Part shown: piece by piece, positions 26,630 through 40,761 of the stretch
How the letters are laid out: each line of letters begins with the position of its first letter
How positions within the stretch are numbered: position 1 is the first letter of the stretch
Origin: Octopus vulgaris
Lineage: Eukaryota
Length of the DNA: 62,000 bases
NCBI GenBank assembly: GCA_951406725.2
Contig: OX597826.1
Span: 60,098,001 to 60,160,000, forward strand
Direction of reading: 5' to 3'
Notes under the pieces: model-generated
Seen by the model: the letters and a program-made list of their open reading frames with translations, nothing else
Database searches by the model: none
Told to the model about the DNA's origin: nothing
Program-made: the position numbers and the translations under genes

Positions 26630-26810
26630 AAACTCCTCCGGCTCATTTGCCTGTGGGAAATGTCCCTTGTGACATACACTTGTCATACTTGTCTACTAAC
26701 TGGATCTCGTCCACATCTAATATGACTTCAAGGGATATGGAACTTTCATAGTTTTGATTGCAAAGCAGTGAAATTGTTTCTATTGCTCATATTTTCAGCG
26801 AGTAGTCAAA
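26630..26810 (+). mobile_element. Heavily decayed PLE zinc-knuckle/GIY-YIG start
   Basis: Across frameshifts: GSFACGK..CHTC...HSFDCKAV/NCFYC, resembling PLE PC..CKTC...FTC.S.NVIYC. Confidence 0.35.
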
Positions 26811-27169
26811 TTTTCCCGCAATCTTTCAACTGGTGCTCATTTTATCAACACCGAAAGCATAACAGGTAAAGTCGCCTACGAAGGAATTTGGACTCAGAAA
26901 ATAAACACTTGCTAACGGTTCTGTTAACTTGCCCTCTTTAACTCTATCTAATGGTGGGTAATTTCAATGTCTAAATAATAGAAAATGTAAAGAAAAAGAC
27001 AGAGGGCTTGATTCTTGATGAAAGGGTCAAGTAATCGGAGCAAGAAACAGCAGAATAAATACTGATACAGAAGACATTTCTCTGAATGAATTATACGTCG
27101 TGAAAACAGTGAGATAGCTGCATTGTAGATATTGTCTATGAATGTAAAATAATTATTCAGAACGCCTAT

Positions 27170-27551
27170 AGGCGTAGGGGTGGCTGCGTGGTAAGTTCTT
27201 GCTTACCAACCACATGGTTCCGAGTTCAGTCCCACTGCGTGGCACCTTGACCAACTATCATTTACTATAGCCTTGTAAGTGGATTTGGTAGACGGAAGTG
27301 TCTTCTACTATAGCCTCGGGCCGTCCAAAGCCTTGTGAGTGCATTTGGTAGACGGAAACTGAAAGAAGCCCGTCGTATTTATGTACATGTATATATGTGT
27401 GTCTGTGTGTCTGTGCTTTCCCAACATCGCTTGACAACCGATGCTGGCGTGTTTACGTCACCGTAACTTAGCGGTTCTGCAAAAGAAACCGATAAAATAA
27501 GGCGGTGCTCCAGCATGGCCGCAGTCAAATGACTGAAACAAGTAAAAGAGT
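27170..27551 (+). mobile_element. SINE family A with an internal duplication of the CORE-adjacent segment
   Basis: AGCCTTGT.AGTG.ATTTGGTAGACGGAA occurs twice (~27269 and ~27329). Confidence 0.85.
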
Positions 27552-27620
27552 GATCTTTATAAGAACTGGAAACATGAAAAGTTTGCTACAATTATGCATT
27601 GGGAATTTCTAAAAAAAATA

Positions 27621-27621
<1 letters not shown>

Positions 27622-27688
<67 letters not shown>

Positions 27689-27706
27689 GTAATAATAATA
27701 ATAATG
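27622..27706. repeat. (AAT)n microsatellite
   Basis: Direct reading. Confidence 0.95.
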
Positions 27707-29899
27707 AACTCTAGTTTTGTAAAAGGGGAAGATTGATATGACCATAAAACAGAGAATACGTACTTCAATATGACCTTGTAAAGGTACTTTGGGCTTTGAA
27801 ACATATATGGATACGCGAAAAAAACTTTTACGCCATGCTGTTATCGAAAACATTAATGAAGAAACACTATGCTGCTTAATAAATGTTCGTCAGTTTGATA
27901 CTAGTATTGTAGGAAATGAATGTGAAGAAAGAAAAAAACGGCAAAAAATACCAGGAACAAAATACGAACTTCATTGAACCAGGAAACATTAAAAAATCTC
28001 CTTTATCCCAATGGTGATAGGAGAATAGAGAACAGTAGCAAGAAATCACCTGAACTGTTTGAATGTGTGGAATGCAGTGATAAAAAAAAATCCTAATTCT
28101 ACAGAAAGCTTGTTTTCATGACACAGCATTTGACAACAAAAGTGTACTTAGTACCTGAGATTGCCGCATGTGAATAGACTTATTGTATCCAGTACCAGCA
28201 ACGCAACGAGATTCTGACTTAATGCGTATAGAAATAATAATGAGAAGGAGGATTATGAGGGAGAGGAAGAGAATTTAAGCACAATGAAATAGATATAATT
28301 ACGGATAAAACGGCTGTGGTCATTGGTCTTTTGAGTAGAGATGTGATAATCTGGGTTCATCACATATTTGTGCATCAAGGATGGGCTAAACTGAGGCGCA
28401 ACATATCCGTTGGTTAATTCATTGGGTCAGCTCAGATTAAGCTTTCATCTGTTGATTAAATATGGCATATCCATGAAAGTGGGTGTATGTTTGTTTTTTC
28501 AAATGTGTATAACGCGAGGCTTATTGTTAATCTATCGCTCAGACCTGAGACTAACTATTTACCTGTTAATAAAATAGGGAATACCTTTCTTAAACGTATG
28601 TCTGCTGATCTCATATCAGGTCATTTGAAGATAACTGACAATGACATAAACGACCGAAATAATAACGGGTACATTCACACCCATCCACTCAAGTTTAACA
28701 TGAAATTTGGAAGAGTGGAGAAAAATAGAATTTTCTGAAATTACTTTATCATTGAATAAAAAAAACAACTTCAGCAACAGTTTCTGTGGTGAGTAGTTTG
28801 TGGTGTCTGTGGTTGGAGTATGGGTAAAAATGTTAAAACTGCTTTAGAGTAATAGAAATATAATTGAAAGAAGAGGAAGGAGATATTTTAAAATGAAATT
28901 TTGATTAAACCCGGCTACTTTTATTCCTACCGTCAACATCTTTGATAACTTCAACATATCACTGTTTAATTAATTTCAATAAATCCACATTCAGCTCGCA
29001 ATAAATGCTTGTAGCAATATCCTATAGACACCGCGTGATACTATTTTATATTGAAAAAATATCTTCTTGACAATGTGTCAAGAATTCTTAAGTTCCCCAC
29101 TTCTAGCAAGAAATTGTACTTCAGTTTTTATTTCAAATATGTTCGTAGTAAGAGTAGGGAAGTATAGATGGCTTTTCAAACACTCGTAGCAGTTAATTAA
29201 TAATTCTTAGAATAAATCCGAAATAATCATCAATAATTGTAAATTGCTTTCTTTTACAATTATTGAGGTATTCGCTACAAATAAACTGTCACGTAGTTAC
29301 ATATATTATTTTGTGGAATACTTGTATAATGTAATTCCGAATGGCTAATGTGGGATTTTCCTGGATATTATTTTCGATTTTCATTATTTTCAGAATTTTC
29401 AACGTTCTATTTTTGTTTAACTGATATGTATATTTGTAAGTTTACTGAAGAAATAAGACTGACGATGTGGAACAAAATTGCATCAGTTACAAGATGCTTT
29501 ATAGTCATTCAAGCCAAATAAACATTTTCCCAGTTCTGTATAATTGGTTACAACCTATCCATCAAATAAATATCTATACCTGAATGCCCCCGCGCTTAGC
29601 AATCTATCTCGTCTCTCACTCACGCTAGAATATGGAGTTTCTAATAGCTATAAAAATTTACCGAACGATCAACACTGAACTAGGTTTATTATAGTTCGGT
29701 ATGGTTTAGTCTGACATGATGGTCAAACAAGAAAAAAACGTATAAGCAGAAGAACAGCAACAGCAATAACAACAACGACGAAGACGTCAGCAACAAAAGC
29801 AATAACAACAACAATGGCAATGGCAACAACAATAACAACTACTACAACAGCAAGAACGAACGCTTGGTTTTAGTAATTTCTCCTGTTCGAAAACCCTTT

Positions 29900-30183
29900 A
29901 TTTATTTATGCGCTCTTTTCAAGCCTAGCCAGGCTCGGTTTCCCGTTTTCTATGGAGTACGTGTTCCCCCCAGCTGGACGGGACGCCAGTCTACCTCAGC
30001 GTTACTCAAGAAACAGGAAGAAAGAGTGAGGGAAAGTTGGGGTGACAGATTACAACAGGGGTCACCACCACGCCCTGCCGGTGCTTTCGCTCAATAAACA
30101 CACACAACGCCCGGTCTGGGAATCGAAATGGCGATCTTCCGACCGCGAGTCCGCTGCCCTAACCACTGCGCCATTGCGCCTCC
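29900..30183 (-). mobile_element. SINE family C, full length
   Basis: Head GGAGGCGCAATGGCGCAGTGGTTAGGGCAGCGGACTCGCGG...TTTCGATTCCCAG and V-domain-like GACTGGCGTCCCGTCCAG. Confidence 0.85.
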
Positions 30184-30643
30184 ACTTCAAAAACCCTTAT
30201 CTTCCCGTAAATGTCAAAAATCAAAGACGTAAATCAGGTCAGAATGATTTCCTCACATTTGGACAGCTGGAATATTTGAATTTCCAGGGTATCTAAATTC
30301 TGAAATCACATTCAGTAGTAAATCTCTTGTTGCTATGTATTACATTTGAAGGATTGTTACCAAGTCATTGTTTCTTCAAATAGATATTATTGACGACAAT
30401 CGCGGACTTAAATCTAAAATGATGTTAACACAAGAAAAAAGGAAAAAAATCTGAAAAGCTAACTGCACGATTCAACAGAGAACAGCTTAGAAGGGTGCCA
30501 AGGTTTAGTTGAGCGGATCTAAAGAATATTCAACGATCAAAATCTACGGGGCATTTTATCTAAATTCTTCAATATTTTTATTACTACTTTTGTTCTTACG
30601 GTTGCAAACCCTAGCGAAATTTTGTAATACATGGGTACGCAAT

Positions 30644-30645
<2 letters not shown>

Positions 30646-30703
<58 letters not shown>

Positions 30704-30728
30704 ATACTTCTCCTTAGTATCATTGTTA

Positions 30729-30805
<77 letters not shown>
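30646..30805. repeat. Compound (CTA)n-(TTA)n microsatellite
   Basis: Direct reading. Confidence 0.95.
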
Positions 30806-31294
30806 GTGGTGGGGATAATGGTGGTGGTACTTATCACACCATTTTAAAATTGGTAAGTTTTACTGGTGAAAGTGATACAAAAGAGAAAAAAAATTGCACT
30901 ACTGCGTAGATCAATATGATTTTGCGCAGATATCTTTATCTATTTGATGTTCGGTATTCATTCGTCATTGGGGGCTTTTATGTCTTAAAGGTTTGAACTT
31001 AGCGTTGATTCGAATCGAGTTAATTCGCATCCAGTGCCCAAATTTGTATACAGAGACGTGCAGTCAACACATACACACACACACATACACACATAAATAT
31101 ATACACATACACAAGCACAGTCATATAACAAACACAGTCATATAACAAACACACTTATAACAAACTCGCATACTCACACGCACACAACTCAAATATTTTC
31201 TATTCTCTTCCCAATAAAGTATATACGTCTAAATTTATATATTACTAAATCGAGAGAGCGTTGTAAGTCATATATCAGAGTATGTACATATATG

Positions 31295-31850
31295 CACACA
31301 GGAATACCATCAGTGGAAGCAGTTAAGTTTGTGTCCACCTCATCTATGGCTAGTATTATGTCTTCTTCACAAATGTTCATATAATCCATCGTAGCTGCCT
31401 CGCTGGACATACGTGTGGCGGCAAAGAAATCCACCGGTTCATTCACTTGTCTATGTTCCAACATAAAGACACTTTTGAACACGTCATTCAGTAACTCACA
31501 GATCCTTGTTGGGTTATCTGTGAGGGAACTATCCTTTTGGAATATGTGTCCTATTTTGCAGGGAACTGAGGTTGTTTCTTTGACATAATGAAAGAAGGCC
31601 TTTCGGTTTGACTTCATATGTTTATATAACCCAGGCTTCTTTGTCTGCACTCTCCTTCAATAGAGAATTGTTGCAATCTTTTTTCAATCTCTCAGTGTTA
31701 TTTTTAGGCGGGAATTTTCATTACTTTTGGGATGCTGGTTTAACCGATTTGCAAACTTCGTCCTTCGTCTCATGAGGTTCTTCCGGTCCCTTGGAATCTC
31801 GTTTCTTTTTATGATGGCATTGTGCTCTGGGACAATTTTCTGGCTTTTGA
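31295..31850 (-). mobile_element. CR1/L2-superfamily LINE ORF2 fragment (endonuclease-RT linker), disrupted
   Basis: IPRDRKNLMRRR...KSNRKAFFHYVK...IGHI...LTDNPTRICELLNDVFKSVF...EEDIILAIDEVDTNLTASTDGIP matches the KSNPKAFF.Y / LN..F.SVF / A.GPDGIP linker pattern. Confidence 0.85.
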
Positions 31851-31928
31851 TATATATATATATATTTCTATATATGTATAAACCTGTCAGTCTGTCTATC
31901 TATCTATCTATACCTGTCTATCTGTTTA

Positions 31929-31963
<35 letters not shown>

Positions 31964-31964
31964 G

Positions 31965-32012
<48 letters not shown>

Positions 32013-33044
32013 TGGTATTTCCTATGATAATGTGCTCCACGATTCAATGTAAAGGAGTTATCTCCCATCACATTTATTTAGGCTGGTAAACTATCCGGCA
32101 CATACATACATATGTGCGCTCTCGCACAACATATATATAGACTTTCTTCTTACTGTAAATAGTAATCGTGTTGCTTTGAGGTGATGAGGAAGCACGAGGG
32201 TGTTGGCTAAAAGGAATTCTGATAATAGGAAAAGATACTAAATCTCCGGGAAGTCTTTATAGAAACTTTTATGGAAAATATCTGGGCGAGTATAAAACGG
32301 ATTTTTAAAAATGTGTAATCATATAGAAATATAAACTTCTTTTGGTCACATTTTACTTGTGCAAAAAATGTTTAATCGGAAAATTTAAAATTTCATTCTT
32401 GTTTTCTTACATGCCTATAGCACTGGTGTTTCCACTCTCCAAGCATAAATGCATGCAGAGATTGATGATCGCTGTGCTTGCATTAAAGTTAGTATCTGGT
32501 TTTTCATGTCTCTCTATCTTCTGCTGAACTTCTGCTACGAAATACATTCATCACTTCGTTGCATTTACTTATGCTGAAAATTTATTGGCGATCTTCTATC
32601 TGATATCAAACAGTTTGCCATTTTCATTTAAATGCCAGTTGCAAATCAAGGCATTTTTAGCTGTGAAATCTCTATTTGATAGATCGTTCAGCTCTGCATA
32701 CACAAGAGAACATTGATTCTTGAAAGACTGAAAATACGATAGCGACTTTTACATACACAAATATGTAATGCAGGCTTTCGACAATGAATAAGGTTTTTGG
32801 TTGCAAAAAGTTATTAAAAACACTTATACAAAAACATCTGTAATTAGAATAACAATGAGGAATGAAATAATAATGTAACTTAAAACATCCGACCAGATGT
32901 CTTGTGTATGTGTTCTGAGTCTTGTGGTGGTAGAATTTTGCCATCGGCCAATTTGTGATCCCTAGCACTTCCCCTCATCCTGCCACCTGATTAAATAGTA
33001 ATGTGTACTATATACATTACTATATATATTAATTATAGACATTG

Positions 33045-33145
<101 letters not shown>

Positions 33146-33264
33146 TGATTAAAAATTTTAAATTGTAATTAGATATAGTGTTGTTTTAGAGGGTTTTAAC
33201 TCCTCTTTCAAACAAGCAGGTACATATTCTACCCTGACTTTTTATAATAACTATATATATATGT

Positions 33265-33425
33265 GTGAGGGATATTTTCCGTCTCAATATAGCTAACCAC
33301 TAAGGGTGGGTGTTACTGTAGCTTGTAACCCCAGGAGAACATCTTCTCCAGCTGGCTGCCTAAAAACATCCCTCACATTGTCGTGCAGTTACTGTTTATA
33401 CCTCGTTCAGAGATTTATTATTGCT
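33265..33425. mobile_element. Repeat family E fragment with an inverted 5' piece (PLE-like)
   Basis: CCTCACATTGTCGTGCAGTTACTGTTTATACCTCGTTCAG shared with 43772-43830; GGTGTTACTGT shared with 58495-58620 (-). Confidence 0.6.
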
Positions 33426-33426
33426 G

Positions 33427-33482
<56 letters not shown>

Positions 33483-33497
33483 CTATATTTATATATA

Positions 33498-33797
<300 letters not shown>

Positions 33798-34104
33798 TGT
33801 GTGTGTGTTTGTTCCCTACCACTGCTTACATCCCAGAACTTAAGACTTTGTCAAGAGGAAACGAAAGAATAAGGATCATGCTTTAAAATGTACTGATGTC
33901 GATCCATTCGACTAAACCTTCTCCAAAGCCGTGCGCCAGCATTCTTGCAATGCCATGACTGAAGCAAGTAAGAGATAAAAGATAAGACACATCGGGAAAT
34001 ATACACCAGAATTTGATGACTTAATGGATGAATAAATAAATATTTTCTCACTCATACTCCAGAAATTTCCATATACAGTAAATTTTATAAAGTTTATGAA
34101 TTAA

Positions 34105-34425
34105 AGACTCCGCCGGTTACGACGACGAGGGTCCCAGCTGATACGATCAACGGAACAGCTTGCTCGTGAAATTAACGTGCAAATGGCTGAGCATTCCACA
34201 GACACGTGTACCCTTAACGTATTTCTCGGGGATAATCAGCGTGTCACAGAGAGTGACAAGGCTGACCCTTTGAAAAACAAGTACAACTCATTTTTGCCAG
34301 CTGAGTGGACTGGAGCAACGTGAAATAAAGTGTCTTGCTCAAGGACACAACGCGTCGCCGGGAATCGAACTCACAACCTTACGATCATGAGCCGAATGCC
34401 CTAACCACTAAGCCACGCGCCCTCA
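34105..34425 (-). mobile_element. SINE family D with a 13-bp target-site duplication
   Basis: tRNA head GAGGGCGCGTGGCTTAGTGGTTAGGG...GTTCGATTCCC. TSD AAAGTTTATGAAT at 34089-34101 and 34427-34439. Confidence 0.9.
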
Positions 34426-34679
34426 CAAAGTTTATGAATAAGCAGTAACTCATTGCTGGGTCGTCTCTATTAACCAATTCAGTAATATAATAACGTTATA
34501 TGTCAAGTTGTAAAATAAATTGTATATCTACTAATGATTTAAAAAGCGAAAACTCTAAGCATTACCATACGATTCTTAATATATTCTAGCAATTGGGAAT
34601 AAGAATATGCTGCTCAGTGTTATTTTTGTCATCGAAAAATATGTTTGTTTAGAAGACTGGTGCTCATAATATAACTCTT

Positions 34680-34886
34680 TTACTCTTTTATTTGTTTCAG
34701 TCATTTGACTGTGACTGTAGACATGCTGGAGCACCGCCTTTAGTCGAGCAAATCTCCCCCAGGACTTATACGTTGTAAGCCTAGTACTTATTCTATCGGT
34801 GTTTTTTGCCGAACTACTAAGCTACAGGGACGTAAACACACCACCGTCGCTTGCCAAGCGATGTTGGCAGGACAAACACAGACGCA

Positions 34887-34956
<70 letters not shown>

Positions 34957-35140
34957 ATATATATACATAAATACGACGGGCTTCATTCAGCTTCCGTCTA
35001 CCAAATCCACTCACAAAGGTTAGGTCGGCCCGAGGCTATAGTAGAAGACACATGCCCAAGGTGCCACGCAGTGGGACTGAACCCGGAACCATGTGGTTGG
35101 TAAGCAAGCTCATTACCGCACAGCCACTCCTACGCCTATA
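34680..35140 (-). mobile_element. SINE family A, full length, internal (CA)n
   Basis: Reverse complement of the family-A consensus. Confidence 0.9.
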
Positions 35141-36684
35141 ACTAATTAATTGATGAAGATGACTTCGAGGCACTGCAGTTTTTCGATACTATTTTGTGTA
35201 GTCTTTCACTAAAACGAAAGAGCAGTACTGAATCTTGCTTATAGAAATCAGTAAATTATGTGCTGGTACATGCTGCTATCTTTCAAATCATGAATAATTC
35301 TCGAAGTGCAGGGAAAACGGCAAGAATTCAAACAAAAATGAACTTAATTTACTCTTCTGGCAATGTCGGACGTGAATATGCTGATCGCTTTTTGCGTAAC
35401 GTCAATCCAGTGTTTTCCTCGCTTTAAACGATATGTTTTCGTTATTATCGGGTTGGTAAAAATCAGCAAGCACGAGTAAATAATTTGCTTGCTAATTTCT
35501 ATAAACAAGAACATCCATTCTTGTTCAGAATCATTTATCCAGTGTATATTTTACTGGCAAAACAAATAATAACGTTGAAACATTGCGATGACTGAAACTC
35601 TAACGATACCAAAAGTTTACGTGTTATGTTCAGGAGTTTCTTTAAAATATACAAGAGGTAAGTAATATTAAGCTAATCACGAGATTATTGTACTTATCGT
35701 AAGTGATGGGACCAACGAGGTTCCCGTGTCATACTTAAGTTGTATTCTTATTTTAGATCGACAATTACTTTACTATTTCAGAACATGTCTAAATGACGGT
35801 CTTAATATTAATACAGACTATAACTAAGTACTGATTATAGCCAGATATTTTAAGCAATGTTATGGATTCAGCTAGAAAAGGGCTCAAAATGGGATAAAAA
35901 TTGCTTTTGTAATAAATATAGAAAGGTATCGTAGACTATAACGCATAACCGTAAAGTAATATAACTTTCATTTAGACTGATAATTAACCAAGTCGAATGA
36001 CTTGTCTTACAAATGGTTTGCCGTTCTCTATGTTTAGAGATCAACCACATGTAAAGGCGTGAAATGTATCGTTCATTCTTACTGAAGTATAATAGAATAA
36101 AATTGCATTTAGCGAACATGAAATTTTGACGCATAATTCTAGATTGCGAACGATTAGTTTTACTTGAAGCAAAGCTTTTGAATGCAGGAAAAAACCTGAG
36201 AGTAATTTTTGAAGTCAACAGAGGAATGTAACAATGAGAGATATTTGTGATATATTCCATACGAATTAAACGATGTCTTCTTAACAGAGGATCGAATGTA
36301 AATCGGAGCTTCCTTCAGGCAGAAGTAAACACACATCTCTTAATACATTTTCGCCAGAAGGGAAATTTAACTCTTAAAATTAAGCTTCAAATCCTTATTT
36401 ACCATACCACTACGTATTAATTTTGCCTGGATTTTCTATGCTTCTCATGATGTGAGGCCACGCGGGAGCTGAAATATAGCTACTGCATCTTTCCTTTCAA
36501 CGTTTAACTACTAAGTGCCGTAAGTTTGGTATATTGCGTTTGTGTGAACTTAACACTCAGCTGCTCGTTTTGGAAACATCATGCCCTGTATTCTTCATCA
36601 GTACCTTGTAAGGATGTGAGTAGCAAATATAGGTATGTATGCATGAATTATGTACTATGTTCATGTATGTGTATGTGCTTGTGC

Positions 36685-36742
<58 letters not shown>

Positions 36743-36747
36743 TTTTC

Positions 36748-37150
36748 TCTCTTTTACTTGTTTCAGTCATTTGTCTGCGGCCTTGCTGGTGCACCGCCTT
36801 TAGTCGAGCAAATCGACCCCCGGACTTATTCTTTGTAAGCCCAGTACTTATTCTATCGGTCTCTTTTGCCGAACCGGTAAGTGACGGGGACATAAACACA
36901 CCAGCATCGGTTGTCAAGCAATGCTAGTTGGGCAAACACAAACACACAAACATATACACACACAAACACATATATATACATATATACGACAGGTTTCTTT
37001 CAGTTTCCGTCTACCAAATCCACTCACAAGGCTTTGGTCGGCCCGAGGCTATAGTAGAAGATACTTGCCCAAGGTGCCACGCAGTGGGACTAAACCCGGA
37101 GCCATGTGGTTGGTAAGCAAGCTACTTACCACACAGCCACTCCTGCGCCA
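36748..37150 (-). mobile_element. SINE family A, full length
   Basis: Reverse complement of the family-A consensus. Confidence 0.9.
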
Positions 37151-37176
37151 ATATATATATATATATATATATATAG

Positions 37177-37489
37177 TATATAAAGTTAATCCAAACATGA
37201 AAGCACAAAAAACACCACAACGTGAGGACGTGGAACAAATATAGTATTATTGGACGCTCAGGAAAGAACGAAAGAAGGAGGGTTTAACGTTTCTAGCGGA
37301 GCTCTTTGTCGGAAACATAGGAGAAGGAAAGATCCAGAGAAGGGGAGGTAGAGGAAAAAATCGCCACCGGTACACACGCAGCCACACCTTCTTTCCTTGT
37401 TTGCTGAGCGTCCAATAATACTATATTTGTTCCACGTCCTCACGTCGTTGTGTTTTTTTGTGCTTTCATGTTTGGATTAACTTTATATA
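37177..37489 (-). mobile_element. PLE pseudo-LTR fragment (family F2) with ~100-bp terminal inverted duplication, within (TA)n
   Basis: 37181-37278 pairs with 37387-37485; decayed HHR at 37282-37316 (-) in the spacer; non-inverted relative at 56670-56900. Confidence 0.8.
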
Positions 37490-37519
37490 TGTATATATAT
37501 AAATATATATATATGTATG

Positions 37520-37552
<33 letters not shown>

Positions 37553-37900
37553 GTATGAAATTATATAATTTTATGAATTTATACGAGGGCGGCGGTGCAT
37601 GCATACATTTACAAATGACTAGACAATATACCTTACATCATATTGCTAAGCAATGCACATCGTAAAACATAAGGTGTGCAAAATTCTCGATAATATCAGG
37701 AGTGGAAACGTGAATTCCCTCTGAATATGAATAAAAACGGGCGAACAGATATCGCAGCACACTGATGTATATGTTGTTATTAAAAAACGATTCAAAATAA
37801 ATACATATAAAAAAGCTTTTTGGAGTGTATGTATGTAAATGTGTGTGTATGAGTGTGTGCGTGTGTGTACGGTATAGATAAATAGAAAGATAAATATACA

Positions 37901-37954
<54 letters not shown>

Positions 37955-38096
37955 CATAGAGAGACAGAGAAAGACAGAGAAAGACAGAGAGAAAAGAGAA
38001 AGAGATAGCTACATAGATAGGTATAGAAATAGGGAGATAGATAGACAGATAAAGAGAGAGAGAGAAAGAGGTAGATATATAGATATACAATCGGAC

Positions 38097-38139
<43 letters not shown>

Positions 38140-38966
38140 AGAGAGAGAGAAAGACAGAAAGAAAGAGAGAGGGAAAACAGAAAGAGATAGGTACCTAGAG
38201 AGAAATATGTAGATAGATAGATAGATATATAGATATGCAAGTATATGTTTCATGATTCCGTTCTTCCTCGACTTAATATGAGGCCTTAAAACATTTTATT
38301 TCTCCCGCAGACATTCAATATTTTCTCCTGCTTCTATTATCTAGATTTGGAAGAGTCGTAAAATCTAAAGAGTATAGAGGAAATAATTATCGCCATTTAC
38401 GAAGATTTGTCATATGACCGGAAGTAATAACTAATCGAGTAATTTTTTTCTGATTTCTTAAAAAATACAATACTTGTTACACTTTTTGTATGTAATTGCT
38501 TTGTAATATTTTGCTGTCCTAAGGGGGTAGGGTGTAACTTCAGAGTAATTGTTCGTGATGATCTAGGGTGTTTACGACATCGGGTGGGGTGCGTTTGCAA
38601 GTGGCAGATAATAAAAAGACGAAACAAAAAATAAAACGCAATGGCGCCTGAATTCTATAACCGAGAATAGTTATGAGAGACGAATCAGGATTGCATTCTG
38701 TCTCTCTTCCTGTAGATACGTTAAATATATACATGCTTACAAACATACATATTTCGGCGTATGTTCGTGTTAATACAGACAGAGATATACACACACACTC
38801 ACGTATGTTTCGTGGTTAATTTTCGTACAAACATGAACGCATATACGTATATATTCGTACATAGACGCAGACATAAATGTGTGTGTGTGTAACGTCATTC
38901 ATACAAGAAATCAAACTTACGCGTGTGCAACATACACAAATATAGAATTTTGCATATACACACACC

Positions 38967-39004
<38 letters not shown>

Positions 39005-39189
39005 TATAGATATATAGATATACATATAGATAGATATATATTTATTCATTTATATATACATATAGTCATAAATACCCGAAGATATATAAATAACTGATAT
39101 CAAGTGTCCGTAGCTATTATTGTTATTTCTCCAAACTTGATTAGGGACGAAAAGTGTTCTTGCTTCTTAGGATACATACAGACGCATGC

Positions 39190-39304
<115 letters not shown>

Positions 39305-39367
39305 TATATATATGCATATATATACATATCTATCGATATATATACATAAATATTTATACATATATAC

Positions 39368-39406
<39 letters not shown>

Positions 39407-39831
39407 TATATATGTGCGTGTATGTGTGTTTGCGTATGTAAAGGTAGCAGAAGGTATGAAGCTGCAGAAAAGGCATGAACCTGTTTAGAAATAGGAGCTA
39501 ACTTCACAATTCAGCCGCCGGAATTCACCAAATAACAGAAAAACAATAGTAGGCGGGGAAATGTACATTAAAAAAGCATACCTTTAATGAATGTGATATT
39601 CAGATACGCATATACCATAGTTTAGGGTTCAAAATTCAGTCTGTCATGTTATAAATCTGTCAGTTTTACGGTTTGTTCTGCGCGAAGCCGGTCTACATTG
39701 CGAAAAAAATATATATGAGCAAAAGCATTCGAGTAGTTACACTCGAAGTATGATGATATTACTGTTAATATCATCTGCAGTGAATATTTTTAATTGATAA
39801 TATTAACAGTGTAAATACTCGAATGTTTTTG

Positions 39832-39884
<53 letters not shown>

Positions 39885-40614
39885 CACCATGTGGACCGGT
39901 TTTGAGCAAAGCAAGCCATAACACTGGCAGATATATAACGCGACTTTGAATTTTTATTAAGTTCTAATTCTTTATCTGTTACCTGCCTATTTATCTTATT
40001 CGGTGCCTCAGCGGTTGAATTCGGAATTTCGCTCCTATTTCTAGATACATACATACATAAATACATACATGCATACATACATACATACATACATACATAC
40101 ATACATACATACATACATACATTCATACATCCATCGACCCATACATATTTACCTAATTCATACATACAGACATAGATACACACATACATACATACTTTAC
40201 ATGTATAGGTATATACATGCATTCATAGATGGTGATTGCTCTATTTTCATACATGATTGCTCTCCTCTACTTCCTCGTTGTTAGTGACATTTCTCACTTT
40301 CCTTCCATGACCTCTCAGATGACTATTTAGTCCTATTGCTGATCTCTATGGTTTGAAGCATATGTAACAGAAGATACTTGTTATAGTGTCCTTACGTCTG
40401 GTTAGATCGACACCTCTCATTTGTTCCCATAGAGTTTCAGTAGATGAGATGACAAATGAAGTCAGCACAAAGAGACATCTTTACGTCATTGGATGATAGA
40501 GTTCAACGCTTCTACAAAACGTGTGCTTATTTCCATCTACCTTATTAGTACCTGGTGACAGACGAAAGTGAAATGTCCAGAAATCACATAAAACCGCTGG
40601 TTCTACATCAGTGT

Positions 40615-40665
40615 CCGAAGCCTTGTGGGTGGATTTGTTAGACGGAAACTGAAAGTAGCCCGTCG

Positions 40666-40761
<96 letters not shown>

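Noticed and set aside
35868-36260. 130-aa minus-strand ORF
   Set aside because: No recognisable motif and no convincing splice signals; cannot be supported without a homology search.
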